Source: the human T2T-CHM13v2.0 reference genome, Homo sapiens
Reading direction: 5' to 3' (one strand)
NCBI RefSeq assembly: GCF_009914755.1
Contig: NC_060936.1
DNA: 64,000 nt
The position numbers and the translations under genes were made by a program. Position 1 is the stretch's first letter, and every line of letters begins with the position of its first letter. The notes beneath the pieces are model-generated. The model saw nothing but the letters and a program-made list of their open reading frames with translations. It searched no databases and was not told where the DNA came from. Positions 41,171 through 58,692 of this stretch are shown piece after piece.

Positions 41171-44100
41171 TTATAGCCATTAAGATTATGTAAAATATAT
41201 TTGAAAGGAAAGATAACTATAAAATAAGTAGATTACAAACTCATATGAAAGTTTCCTTAACAACAACAAAAAAAGATGATGTCAAAACCTAAAGAACTGT
41301 ACACCAAAAAGAGTAAAGTTTACTAGAAGTCAATTTTTTTAAAAAAGCAATAGGCAAAGTCTAAATTATTAAAATGATGGTTAAAAGGAAAACAACACAA
41401 ATGGGCCACGGAACCAGCCATATTAAATCCCAGTGTGCCATCATTTTCCAGCTATGTGACCATGGCAAGTCACTTATTCTCTCCAGACTTGTTTCTTCCT
41501 AACAAAATGGAGAATAGTTCAGGCGTGGTGGGTCATGCCTGTAATCCCAGCACTTTGAGAGGCTGAGGCGGGTGGATCACTTGAGGCCAGGAGTTCGAGA
41601 CTAAGCCTGGCCAACATGGTGAAATCCCCTCTCTACTAAAAACACAAAAAATTAGCTGGACGTGGTGGTGCACACCTGTAATCCCAGCTACTTCGGAGGC
41701 TGGGGCACAAGAATTGTTTGAACCCGGGGGGCAGAGGTTTCAGTGAGCTGAGATTGCACCACTGCACTCTAGCATGGGCAACAGTGCAAGACTCTGTCTC
41801 AAAAAAAAAAAAAAGGTGGAGGGGAATAAAATTAAGTACCTATGTATTTACCTCATGGGGCTGTTGTGGGCACATAGTAGACTCAATTCAAGTTACCATT
41901 ATTCTATGCACACATACACACAGAAAAAAAATCTGAAAGCATAATCACTCAAATATTAATAGTTGTTTTAGTGGGATCATGGGTAATTTTTATTATTAAT
42001 TTTGTCCTAACAAAGTAATTTAAAAACACTTAAAAATATACATGTCTTTCTCATGCTAATGCCCAGAAATTCCATTTCCTTGTTATCTACAGTATATGCG
42101 TTAGTACTAACTCATACTATGCTAGCCATTAAGTGTCAACGAAAAGCAAAGCACGGGTACTGTAACTCACTGGTAGTGCTGTCAGATAACCCGCTCCATA
42201 GCTTACAGTAGGACAAAGATTGCCCATTACCTTTCCTTCCTAACTCAGTGCACATCAACTCTAACCTTTTATCATTAATAGATCACCACCCAAAACATCT
42301 TCTGAAAACTCATGGGATTATATTCTGAGAAAGAAAAACAACCCGAGTAGCACATCCTTGAAAATTCTGCTGCAAGAAGGACTCATGTGACTCCTTATAT
42401 ACTCACTGACGAAGCCAGGCTATCCTTTGCTACCCTGCGACAGTAACTCGCTGAGTTGGAATCAAAACAGTCCTGGTGAGTGACTGAGCTTCAGTATCCA
42501 AAGCAGCACCAACAAGTATAAGCCCAGCCTTACAGAACCATCTGGGCTTGGAGTGTACCCTCCTCTTTTGCCTCCTCAAATTCCTGATGTGTGCACGTGG
42601 CTCAGGCCCCAGCAGCCTAATATTGGGAGAAGAGCTAATCATTCTCACGTGTTTGGAGAGGCACAAGCAGGCAAAGATGAGTAAGAAAAGCGGTGCTGAG
42701 AACCACAGTGTAGGATGTTTAGACAAATGACCCATATAGACAGGAACCCAGGCGAGTCCCTCATGCTCAAATGGAAATATTTTTATCACCCAGCTCCTTA
42801 TTTTGTAAACTACTACTAAGCCTTTTGTATGGCAGAAAAAGGGATAACTTTATTAGGACCAACCCCTCAGGTTCTTAAGATACTCTGGCTGCTTAGGACC
42901 TTATCAATCCATTTAAAGGTTTCTGAGGAAATCATATATGCCAACAATTAGTCTGTAATGCCCTTAGACCCAAACGCAGCTAGAAAGTCAAAGAAATAAG
43001 TGGTTACAGCTACCAGCTTGCCTTTTATATTGGAATTGCTTTGTAGGCTTTTTAGCAGTTGCTGGATTAAAAAAAAAAAATTACCTAACTAACTTATCTG
43101 GTAAAGTTGTCATGATTTACAATTATATCTAGCTGAAGTTCAGTAAAACTCAGCAGCTTGTCTTTGTCAAAATATGCTTGAGTTTCATTACAAACAGCCT
43201 AGAGATGTGTAGATTTTGTGAAAAAAAGGTGTGTCAAACATGGTGATGAAAGATTATTTCAATGTGCCTTTTAGGAGAAAAAAGTAATCACAATATTCAA
43301 TGTAAGAAAATATTATTTTCTCTAATATTAAATTTAAATGTATTTTATTAATATCTCCCAGTTACATGAGGGTGAACAGAAAGGGAAAGTAGGAATAGGA
43401 AAAAGAAAAAGGCACAGCAAAAACCAAAGCTTCTAAAGTGTAAAATCAGGATGGTTACGTGTTTTGTAACCAGTTATCTCAAGTCAAAGTAAATGATCGG
43501 GGGTCAGAGGGTCAGCAGAGCCACTCTTGAGAACATGCAGGAGGCAGTCCCCTGGAATCTGTGTCTAGGGGCTCTCTCTCCATTTAACATGTGAAGCAAG
43601 GAGATCACAGGTTAAGTGGCTTGCCCAAAGTCACACAGCAAGTTGACAGAGAGGTGCTAGAAATAGCATCTAGAATGTTTCACTATGCCAGACAAGCTCC
43701 AGATTGCATGTCCAAAACAGGGAATTAAGACAAAGCAGTATATATTGAAACTGCAAGACAAGATCCCTTTTCAGTTTGAAGGAAAACAAGTTAGTTAATC
43801 ACAGCACAAAGACAGAAGACAGCAGACTGATAAAAAGAACTCCTTACAAAGGGCTTAAACTGAAAGCAAATTCTATAACAACTGTGGTGATCTCCATTAA
43901 CGCTAAACAGGGGCTGATTTTTTTTTTTTTTTTTTTTTTTTGGAGATGGAGTCTTGCTCTGTCGCCCACGCTGGAGTGCAGTGGCGCGATTTTGGCTCAC
44001 TGCAAGCTCCGCCTCCCAGGTTCACACCATTCTCTTGACTCAGCCTCCTAAGTAGCTGGGACCACAGGTGCCCACCACCACACCCGGCTAATTTTTTGTA

Positions 44101-45482
44101 TTTTTAGTAGAGACAGGGTTTCACTGTGTTAGCCACGATGGTCTCAATCTCCTGACCTCATGATCCGCCCACCTCGGCCTCCCAAAGTGTTGGGATTACA
44201 GGCGTGAGCTGCCGCCCCTGGCCGAACAGGGGCTGATTTTAAATGTCAATGGTGACTGGGAAGGAGGCCTTCTAGTAACTAGAAAGATGCTGGCTATGAG
44301 CAGAAACGTAATAATACCCTCTCTGAGAGACTGCTTAGAAGGCTGGGTAAGTTCCCAGGAAATCATGTAACAAACAAACGTAGAGGCCTGGCCAAAGGAT
44401 GCTCCATTAGCATACCACATAAACAAACCCTAAATACTTGGTTTTAAGTTTTCTAATACAAGATTATCGGGGATCTAATTTGTGCCAAGTTATTTCACCG
44501 ACTAATCACCTGTTAGCAGTGTGGGGTGACCAAACACAACTTGAACTCATCACAGGTAATGAACTGAATTTTGCAGGCCAGACCATTTCTTTTCTTTCCT
44601 CTTGCTCTTCTTTCTTCTTTTACCAAATTTTAGAATCCCTCAACAATACAGTTTTAACTTTTTATGTTTCTAAACTTGAAATATATGGAATCAGACTGTC
44701 AGGTGGAATTCTGCAATGTTCTCTCTTCCCTTCACAACATGTTCCTGAGTAGAACATGCAGCTTTAAGTCGTTTCTTTTCACAATGCATTTTTCTACAAC
44801 AGATAGACTTTTAGGTTGTCCCCAGTTCTCTGCTATTGGCAACATTTTGAGAACATTCTCATACCTATCTTTTGGTTCACGTATTGTGCAAGAGTTTCTC
44901 TAGTCTAGGGTAAACACCTAGAAGTGCAACTGCTGTGGCATACTATATGTTCATATTTAATACCAAATTGTTTTCCGAAGTGGCTGTACCTATCCACATT
45001 CCCTCCAAGCAGTACTACGTATTCTGGTTAGCCTATAGTTTCTCTTTTATTTTTTGGAGATGGAGTTTCACTCTTGTGGCCCAGGCTGGGGTGCAATGGC
45101 GCCATCTCGGCACACCGCAACATCCACCTCCCGGGGTTCAAGTGATTCTCCTGCCTCAGCCTCCCAAGTAGCTGGGATTACAGGCATGCGCCACCATGCC
45201 TGGCTAATTTTTGTATTTTTAGTAGAGATGGGGTTTCTCTATGTTGGTCAGGCTGGTCTCGAATTCCTGACCTCAGGTGATCTGCCCACCTCAGCCTCCC
45301 AAAGTGCTGGGATTACAGGCGTGAGCCACTGCGCCCAGCGGTTAGCCTATAGTTTCTCTATCACACTCTGCTTAGTAGGAAGAGCCTCAGAAAAAAGCTG
45401 GTCCGATAAATGATTTTCTTGGTTTTGTTTTTAACTATCTAGGGGGCTTCTTTAGAGGAAAACACATAAGATACCCACTTAC

Positions 45483-45662
45483 CGAGCAAAGGGACTTTAT
45501 TTTGCAGCAACTCACAGTAGCTTGTGGTGAGAATTCCAATGGGATTACTAGGTACGAACCGTCCTTCTTTTACTAAACGTTCACACGTCCGCATTAAAGT
45601 CCCTGAGAATTGAGATGGATCAACTCCATAGTCTCTCCAGCCTCCTACACCATCTGCAACCC
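45483..45662 (-). CDS. PPTC7: PPTC7 exon 2: (G)[59 protein letters not shown](G)
   Basis: Acceptor cttcag|GG, donor CTCG|gtaagt; 180 nt, phase 1-1; catalytic ADGVGG motif; absent from the ORF track, translated by hand. Confidence 0.97.
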
Positions 45663-46175
45663 CTGAAGAAAAAACAAAAATTACAGTAAAAGAACAATCT
45701 TACCAACTTCTCAGGAATTCTTACCTCTGTTTTCTCCTAACAGTTAATTTCACTACATGCTACTACATACATTCACTCCAAAATTCAGAATAAAAAGCAC
45801 TCACGTTTAATGTATTCTACACTAACACTCCTAAGCCACATTCACTACTTAGAATTTGGCCTTTCATATATTGATGAATAAACTTTTGAGCTACCACAGG
45901 GTGGCATTGCCTACCAGCCAAGAGTTCAATTTCAGCAGGATTAGCATCTGTGTATAGACATATTTGTGTCATTAATACTTTGTCTTTTATAAGAATGAAA
46001 ATTGATTTTTAAGCAAAGTGCTGATGCTAGTGACGATACAATTCAGTCAGAGCTGGAGATCACAAAGAACATCAAAAGCGGCAACCTTTTAACTCCAAAC
46101 ATTGGTCAATCGCTGGGAAATAAAGAACAAAACTGAGAACATATCCCATCCCCTCTCCTTCTACCCTGTAGAGGG

Positions 46176-48257
<2,082 letters not shown>

Positions 48258-50816
48258 TATAGAGATTTTCGTAGGCCCAAAGAGTTGCTGATGAGTTCAG
48301 AGTCTGCTTAGAGCTCCTTTATCAAGAGGAAATTAGTGTTTATGAAAGTCAATAAAATATCAAAGCCATCATACAATCTTCTACTCAAACTCTTGCAAAA
48401 CACCAAGCTATTCTTTCCAACACTAAAACCAATTTCTATCTACTAAATTCAAAGACACTGAGAGAAAATGTCAAAAATATACATTATTAAGGCTTTAAAT
48501 GGCCTTTCTGGAAGGATCCATAAGAAATATTAGCAATGGTTGCTTTAGAAATAAGGAACTGAAAACGATCCATGAACAAAATGGGAATTTTTGCCTTTTA
48601 CTTCATACCATTCTGTATTAATTTTATTTTTATCATGAGCATGTATCATATGATTTTTTAAAACAGGGATTTTTTAATTTTTAAAACTTTCTGAGCATGA
48701 AACATCCTTCCCATACACACATTTATTTTTTGTACATTCAACTTTAAGAATGTATTTGGTACAAAAGTAGCAGAGTGCCTATATATACATCCCTGAAAAA
48801 TTGGCTTAACATGAATTGGACATGTGAAACTATTTCTCTGGGGATGGCAGTTAACAAAAAGAAAGGGAACACATCGTGAAAAAGTAAGAGGAAACAGAAT
48901 TGGAAGACATAAAGAAGGCAACAAATAGTGTATCACCACTGGGACAGCAACTTTCCCCACCTATGTGACCAACCAATAAACCAAATTTCATGACAGGGCA
49001 ATTCCAAATTAGCTAATTAAAGTAATAAAAACTCTGGGATTCGTTTCAAAATATTTAAGGGGTTGAAGGGGGAGTGACAGAAGCACAGATGAAAGAAGAC
49101 TGGCCATGAATGGATCGTTGTTGAAGCTGAATAAGAAGAACACCCATCTCTCTACTTTGATATATATTTGAAATTTTCCATAACACAACATTTAAATAAT
49201 AACAATGATAACAAGTTTAAAAAGAAAAAAGACCCTTTTGCCTGCTGTGTGGAGAGCAAGAGCGGAAGGAGTTTAAGTAAGAGATCCATTTCATAGTCCA
49301 CTCGCAATCTGCTGGCAGTGTGGTTAGAGGCGTGCAGACATTTGGTATCCATGAAACAGAACACGTGGATTGAGGGGTGAGGGAAAGAGAAGCAACCGGG
49401 CTAACTAGGGATCTATCTTACAAGGAACAGCACATTTCATTGTTTTTCAAGGAGTTGTGAAGAGGTTTGGGAAACTTATATTAAAAGAATTTAAGATCAT
49501 TTCAATAGGAACTTCTTTGGAGAAACTCTTATTTTACTAGGAGTAAGATTTCACCATAATTTAAAACACAACAATTTATGTTAAAACACAGAATATAATT
49601 ATAAGCCTTGCAACACTATCTGATGAATCATTCATTCTTTTCAAACCACTGCCTGCTTCAGGGAAGAATTTCTTCTTAAGTAGTCTCTGGTACAACTACA
49701 ATTAACTTTAAATACAAATTGGTTTCATCTGCAAATGCTCTTCACAAGAAAACCATTAAAATCTAAGATAACGTTTAGAGTTGATCCTCGATCCTCGCAC
49801 TCACTAAATAATCTGTCAGCAGGTTGAGTCTGACCTGACACAGCCCTTCAACATTAATCAGATTTCTCCCAGAATACAGCACAACCTTTTGGGCACCTGT
49901 TTGCTTTTTTACACGGGCAAAGGATGCCAAGCAAAACACCACTGACCAAATCTCTTTAGGGGAGAGAGAAATTCAAAAAGCATATAAACTCTTCAATAAA
50001 GCTGCAGGGAAAAAAGCCTTAATACAGTGCATATATATAACTAAATTATATAAGGGGAAGAGTTGTATTTGGGATGAGAATCAGACTAAAACTAGAATAA
50101 CCTACTACACGTACATATGAAACCTAATTTTATTCATATTAGGTGGTTGTTTCTACACAGAAATTAATATGTCCTCTATTGCATAAGCAAAAGCTTCAGA
50201 CTGCAAAGAGCAAGAATACCCTTTAAACAGTGGAACTGATCCAGATATAAAGGGAAATTTCATTCAGAATACATGTCAAAGGTAAAGAAAACTGTTAAAG
50301 GAGAAATTGCTTAAGATCCCAAAGATGTCAGGAACACAACTATCAAACAGCAAAGGATAAGAATAAGAATACCCTAAGAGCAAATGGAGGCCACACGTGG
50401 ACCACCACATTGTGCATGCTGCGCTAGGAAATAAGACGGCTGAGAAAGCCGGTCTCTGAGAAGCTCCCCTGCTAGTGGGGTGCTAGACTTCTCACAGAGA
50501 AACCAGACAAACGGCTCCCATAAACACTGCTGCAGGAGGGTCAACAGCCAGTGGTTAGTGCTTACGGACACCACGAGAATGCAGCGCCTCAAGAACAGTG
50601 CCAGCCTGCTCTGAAAGTGGCATTCGGATAGGCCCTGGCAGGGGTCAGCCAGATTTCCACGGCAGGGAAGGATAACAAGAGGAAAAGAAAGGCAGACAAC
50701 TAGATGCTGGGGCTTGGGTGAGCAGGGAGAAGCTGAAAAATGAAGGGCAGTAGCGAAAGTTGTAGAAAATCAAGAATGCCAGTTCAAGAACTCTAAAGTT
50801 CTTTATGCTACTGACC

Positions 50817-50975
50817 TGTGCTGTCTAACATGGGAGCCACTAGCCACATGTGGCTATTGAGTCTAAAATCTCACTTGTTTGGATTGAGAAGTGCTTGCTA
50901 TGAAGTGTAAAATACATTCTGGATTCCAAAAACTTAGTACCAACAAAAGAAAAACTAAAATGACTTAGTAGTAGT
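50817..50975. mobile_element. MER33/MER3-type hAT-Charlie fragment
   Basis: ctgtgctgtctaacatgggagccactagccacatgtggctattgag...ggattccaaaaacttagta. Confidence 0.7.
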
Positions 50976-51284
50976 TTTGTTTTCTTTTAAGAGATGGGGT
51001 CTCACTCTAGCCCAGGCTGGAGTAGTGGCCTGATCATAGCTCACTGCAGTCTTGAACTCCTGGGCTCAAGTATTCCTCCCACCTCAGCCTCCTTAGTAGC
51101 TGGGATTACAGACACACCCTGATACACCCCGCTACTTTTTTTTTTAAGTTTTTGTAGAAACAGGGTCTCACTATGTTGTCCAGGCTGGTCTCAAACTTCT
51201 GGGCTCAAGCAATCTCACACCTTGGCCTCCCAAAGTGCCGAGATTATGGGCATGAGCCACAGGATCTGGCCAAGTTTAACACAT

Positions 51285-51766
51285 ATATTAGGCATACTCA
51301 AGAGGTTAACAACGATAATAAAACAGAATAATTATAACAATATACTATAATAAATGTTGTGTGAATGTGGTCTCTGTCTGTATTATTGTTAGGTAATGTG
51401 GGTATATTAGTCCATTCTCATGCTGCTATGAAGAAATACCTGAGACTAGGTAATTTATAAAAGACGGAGGTTTAATTGAGTCACAGTTCTGCATGGCTGG
51501 GGAGGCCTCAGGAAACTTACAATCATGGCAGAAGGGGAAGCAAACACATCCTTCTTCACATGGCAGCAGGAGAGAGAAGTGCTGAGCAAAGGGGGAAAAG
51601 CCCCTTATAAAACCATCAGATCTTATGAAAACTTCACTATCACAATAGCAGCATGAGGGTTTATGGGGATTATTATGGGAACTACAATTCAAGATGAAAT
51701 TTGAGTGGGGACAATGCCAAAACACATCAGTGGGTAATTGAAACCTCAAATAAGAGGGAACTACTG
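51285..51766. mobile_element. Tigger2-family DNA transposon fragment interrupted by the THE1 LTR
   Basis: ataattataacaatatactataataaatgttgtgtgaatgtggtctc ... gaaacc...ataagagggaactactg resembles a Tigger2/MER8-group end. Confidence 0.5.
51403..51729 (-). mobile_element. THE1-type MaLR solo LTR (THE1C/D-like) with an internal deletion
   Basis: Typical THE1 sequence (attagtccattctcatgctgcta...caattcaagatgaaatttgagtggggaca); 5-bp TSD GTGGG at 51398-51402 and 51730-51734. Confidence 0.85.
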
Positions 51767-52293
51767 TTTCTGGATTTGGGGAATTAGAAAATATTGATTA
51801 GATTATTCTACAGTTGGCAAGGGTGTGTAAATGCCTTTAAAAGACATTTAATTCTGTCTTGGGTATGTCAAACTTCAGGTGCCAGCAGGGCATCTTTGTG
51901 GAAGTGTTGTGTATAAAGTGAGGAACTATGAGTTTGCGGCTGGCAAGGCAAGTTGGGGCCAGAAAATCTGAGAATTGATACCTTAGTGGTAGGGTATCCA
52001 GTTTGTCAGAATGATATAATCTCTATGGAGGTAGAGAGAAGTGAAGCTAAAAAGGAGGCTGAATTAATGACTAGAAGGGCCTTGAATGCCAAGATAAAGA
52101 GGTTGCACCGAATATAGAAGCTATTTCCTTTAATTCACTGTAATCATCTTATGTCTCCATTAATAACATTCTGTGAGCACACATCTAGCTTAAGTGTTTC
52201 CCTTGACCCAAAATCCAATTAAAATCACTATTAGATTAAGATAATGGTTACATATCAGAAATAGCTGAGCAAAAGATTGAGAAGAGACCATAG

Positions 52294-52464
<171 letters not shown>

Positions 52465-52739
52465 TAATTTTTTGTATTTTTAGTAGAGACGGGGTTTCAC
52501 CGTGTTGGCCAGGATGTTCTCAAACTCTTGACTTCATGATCCGCCCGCCTCGGCCTCCCAAAGTGCTGGGATTACAGGTGTGAACCACCGTGCCCAGGCT
52601 AGTTTTATCTTTTCAATGGAAATGTCAGTTTTATGAAGCAAAACGAGCAATTAGAAAATAGTTACAGTATTTATGTTTTTACAAAGTATTTTATTAAGTT
52701 TTCCATAGACTGATGCTTTTTCCCTTTTTCTTTTTTTAA

Positions 52740-53463
<724 letters not shown>

Positions 53464-54939
53464 TCACCCAGACTGGAATGCAGTGGTGTAGTAATAGCTC
53501 ACTGCGGCCTCAAACTCCTGAGCTCAAGAGATTCTCCCATTTCAGCCTCCTGAATATCTGGGACTACAGGCATGTGCCACCATACCCAGCTATTTATTTT
53601 TTGTAGGGATGGGTCCTCGCCATGTTGCCCAGGGTGGTCTTGAACTCCTAGGCTGAAGTGATCCTCCTGCTTCGGCCTCCCAAAATGCTAGAATTACAGG
53701 AATGGGCCACTGAGCCCAGCCAAGAAGAAAATTCTTAAGCAATTTTCATTTTTCTAATTAACATGTTTTTGTCTTTGCCAAAATGGTATAACCATGTAAA
53801 ATGGTAGTTATGACCAGGCGTGGTAGCTCATACCTGTAATCCCAGCATATTGGGAGGCTGAGGTAGGAGGATTGTTTGAGCCAAGGAATTCGAGACCAGC
53901 CTAGGCAACATAGCAAAACCCGTCTCTACAAAAAAATTTAAAAATCAGCCAGGGATGGTGGCACACACCTGTAGTTCCAGCTAAACAGGAGGCTGAGGGT
54001 GGGAGGACTGCTTGAGTCCAGGAGGTCAATGCTGCAATGAGCTGTGATCACACTACTTGCACTTCAGCCTGAGCGACAGAGCGAGACCCTGTCTCAAAAA
54101 ATAAAAAATAAAAAAAGGTAGTTATAACCAAATGATAGCTATCTTAAAAATCCTATCTTCCCAATTACACAGTCACCTAACTGTGTAATTGCAAAAGGCT
54201 TACTATAAGAAAGACTTCTGAACTAGTCAAAATCAGCAAGAGCGTCTCCAGTCCTGTCCTCCATTAACAGCCATCAACATGATGTTGCAATTATTTTAAA
54301 CCCCTCCTACTGCACTCATCTTCAGACTGACATGCAGTTACCTACAAAGCAAACGTTTTCTAGAAGAACGCGATGCCTAGAGAATAAATACTAAACTTCA
54401 ATTTTAATATAAGCATCAATGAAGAAAAACAATTTGATTTTGTCCAAAAATGTATTTAATGTACACTCTGGAAGAATTTCAAATATTAAGTAGTATCCAA
54501 AGGTAATAGCTTTATTCCTTGCATCTTTGATGATCTCAAGGCATCTTACATCAAGCCTCGCATTCCAAAGAAGCATACTGGCTCTACATGGATTGTCTTT
54601 CCATCAGTGAAACACATCTCCTGCCTACTAGGATGGGTACTTGATAGTGAGTTGAAACTCTAGAGGAGAAACTGAATAAGAATCTGGCAGGATCACAATA
54701 ATTGAATAACAGAAGTATCAGGAGACCCTCTGCACTCTAAGGAATAAGGGTATCTGCTTTTACAGACTTTCTGCAGTAAGGGGCCATCTAATGAGAAAGG
54801 GGGCTAAGCAATATTTATTGCAGTACGACAGGCATCTTTTCAGATGCTGAGGCTTTTCAAAGACTTTAGTGTTCTCAGAGCCAGCCTCATTTGTCTAAAG
54901 ACATCACAGCATGAAGCACTGTAACTAGAAAAAAAATGA

Positions 54940-55236
<297 letters not shown>

Positions 55237-55979
55237 TGACCTCAAGTGATTGCCCCCCAACACAGCCTTGGGCTCCTAAAGTTCTGGGATTACAGGCATG
55301 AGCAACCGCATCCAGCCTATATCAACATTTCTTAAACCTCAACTATTTGGGCACTTAAGAACGCTCCCGACGGGGTGCAGTGGCTCATGCCTGTAATCCC
55401 AGCACTGTGGGAGGCTGAGGCGGGTGTATCATTTAAGCTCAGGAGTTCAAGAGCAACCTGGGCAACATGGTAAAACCTCCGTCTCTACTAAAAATACAAA
55501 AAATTAGCCAGGCATGGTGGCACACACCTGTGGTCCGAGCTGCTTGGGGGACAGGGGTAGAAGGATCACTTGAGCCCGGGAGCTGTGATCGTGCCACTGT
55601 ACATGAGCCTGGGTGACACAGCAAGACCTGCCTCAAAAAAAACCCCAACAAAACAAAAAACACTCCCCTGTGATTCAAGACTGTGAAATGTTGTATCTGC
55701 AAATAATTATCCCAAACGGAGAGTCGCTTGAGCCAGGAGGTTGAGGCTGCAGTGAGCTATCACTGTGCCACTGCAATCCAGTCTGGGTGAAAGAGCAAGA
55801 CACTGTCTCTATTTTAAAAATGAAAAAAATTAGCCATGCCTGGTGGCGCATGCCTGTAGTCCCAGCTACTCGGAAGGCTGAGGCAGGAGAATCGTTTGAA
55901 CCCAGGAGGCGGAGGTTGCACAGGGAGCTGAGATCGCACCACTGCACTCCAGCCTGGGCAACAGATTGAGACTCCATCT

Positions 55980-56014
<35 letters not shown>

Positions 56015-56231
56015 AAAATGAATGAAAAGCAGGATGACTGAAAAAATATATTCAACAAATATATTCTGTCAAGTTATACAGAAAAATGTCATGTGCTTTT
56101 TGACTAACAACAGTCCTTTCAGTTCTATGGAGGTAAAATTATATAGATTATGCTGCACTTCCTGTTTTAACAAGCAAGTGAAATACTCCCTTTGCAAGAA
56201 GTTTCCGGCCCAGTGCAGTGGCTCACACCTA

Positions 56232-56815
<584 letters not shown>

Positions 56816-57003
56816 TCAAAAAAAAAAAAAAAAAAAAAAAAAGAAGAAGAAGAAAAAAGAAGTTTCCATTCCACATTAATCACAATGAAATCTGTGTCTT
56901 TTGATTCTCCAGAGATCAAGACTACGTCAAGAACAAGATCTCTAAGCAGAAGTTAATTCAAAAGTGAAGGTAATGAAGCTCAAAGGATGGACTGAAAAGT
57001 TCA

Positions 57004-57153
<150 letters not shown>

Positions 57154-58442
57154 TCAAAATTAGCCAGGCGTGGTAGCACATGCCTGTAATCCCAGCTACT
57201 CAGGAGACTGAGGCAGTAGAATCCCTTGAACCTGGGAGGCAGAGGTTGTGGTGAGCCGAGACTGCGCCACTGCACGCCAGCCTGGGCAACAAGAGCGAAA
57301 ATCTGTCTCAAAAAAAAAAAAAAGTGTGAAAATGGAAACTATAGGCAAAACTCAAACAACAAAATCAAAGCTGTAGTAAGCGGTTCATTTTGTGTTTGAG
57401 AATTCCAAACAAAATAGTTAGCTATTCCTTGCTAGCTTAGTAATTATGAGACAACTTAAGAATTAATCAAATTAATGAGCCTCCACATACACTTACACCT
57501 ATGTCTAGAATACTTCATTAACTAGAGAAGATAATTTCCAGACTATTCTGGGCAGTTGCCTTGTCTTAAAAAGCAGTGAAAAGTGCTGACATGAGGATTA
57601 GGAAACAATTGTGTGAAGGCAAAGAAACTTAAAGTCATCCTTTTAAAAATAAAAATGTTCTTCCTTTAACTTCAATAATTCTGTTTAAATACCAATACTT
57701 AATGTGGAATTATCTATTCTGGCTCAACTGTGGCTTGGGAACTTGTGCAAATTACAAACTTGGTATGAATCACTGGTCTGCCTTCCACAAACTGCAGAGT
57801 TGAAGGTTAAGTTACTGAAAAGGTCACTTCACTCCTTTCTGGCCTGCAACAGTATCTTCCTCAAATGCCAAATGCTGTTAGCAATGTTTCTGGACAGGAG
57901 GAGGCAACAAACAAATCATCTGGGAGGTCATACTTATTGTAAGTTATGAATAGCAGAGACAGGGCACTAATTATGTTACAGAAGTAAGGGCCTCTATTAA
58001 AGCTGTGGCTTCAGTTTGTTTTCAGGTGTTAGAAAATGTCACATAATACCAAATAATTCAAAAATTAAGTAAGGAAGTAACAAGCAATTAAGACCAGCTA
58101 TCTGATATATGCCTACTTGTACTGGCCCTTTAGGCTGGGGAGAAGATTTTCCTTCTGTTTATAATTTACAAGATTAGATCTAGAATTCTTGTCAACCTGA
58201 TATTTATGACAAGCCATATATCCTTGACCTAACCCCAAAGAAGATACTATTTACCCACTGCTTTCTTCACCCTCTATAAAAATAAGGGCTGGCCTTGACT
58301 AAAATAGGCACCCTCTGGGAGAGGTCTATAGTCACATGCGGCCTGGCACAAATGTAACTTTTTTTTTCCTTTAAACGAGAACATCATTCCTTTGAATAGC
58401 CTGCCAAGTGTAGAACTGTCTCTTAATTTCTGAACACTAATT

Positions 58443-58570
58443 TATATACACATATATATACACGTATATATATACATACACGTTATATATATATACACGT
58501 ATATGTATATGTGTATATATACATACACGTTATATATATATACACGTATATGTATATGTGTATATATACA
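58443..58570. repeat. Alternating purine/pyrimidine (TA/CA/TG) tract with an exact 47-nt tandem duplication
   Basis: Unit catacacgttatatatatatacacgtatatgtatatgtgtatatata at 58475-58521 and 58522-58568. Confidence 0.9.
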
Positions 58571-58587
58571 TTGTTTTTTTTTTTTGA

Positions 58588-58692
<105 letters not shown>

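Noticed and set aside
50464-50482. Possible CTCF site (ccactagcagggga on -)
   Set aside because: Only a partial match to the core motif; cannot be supported without a PWM score or ChIP data.
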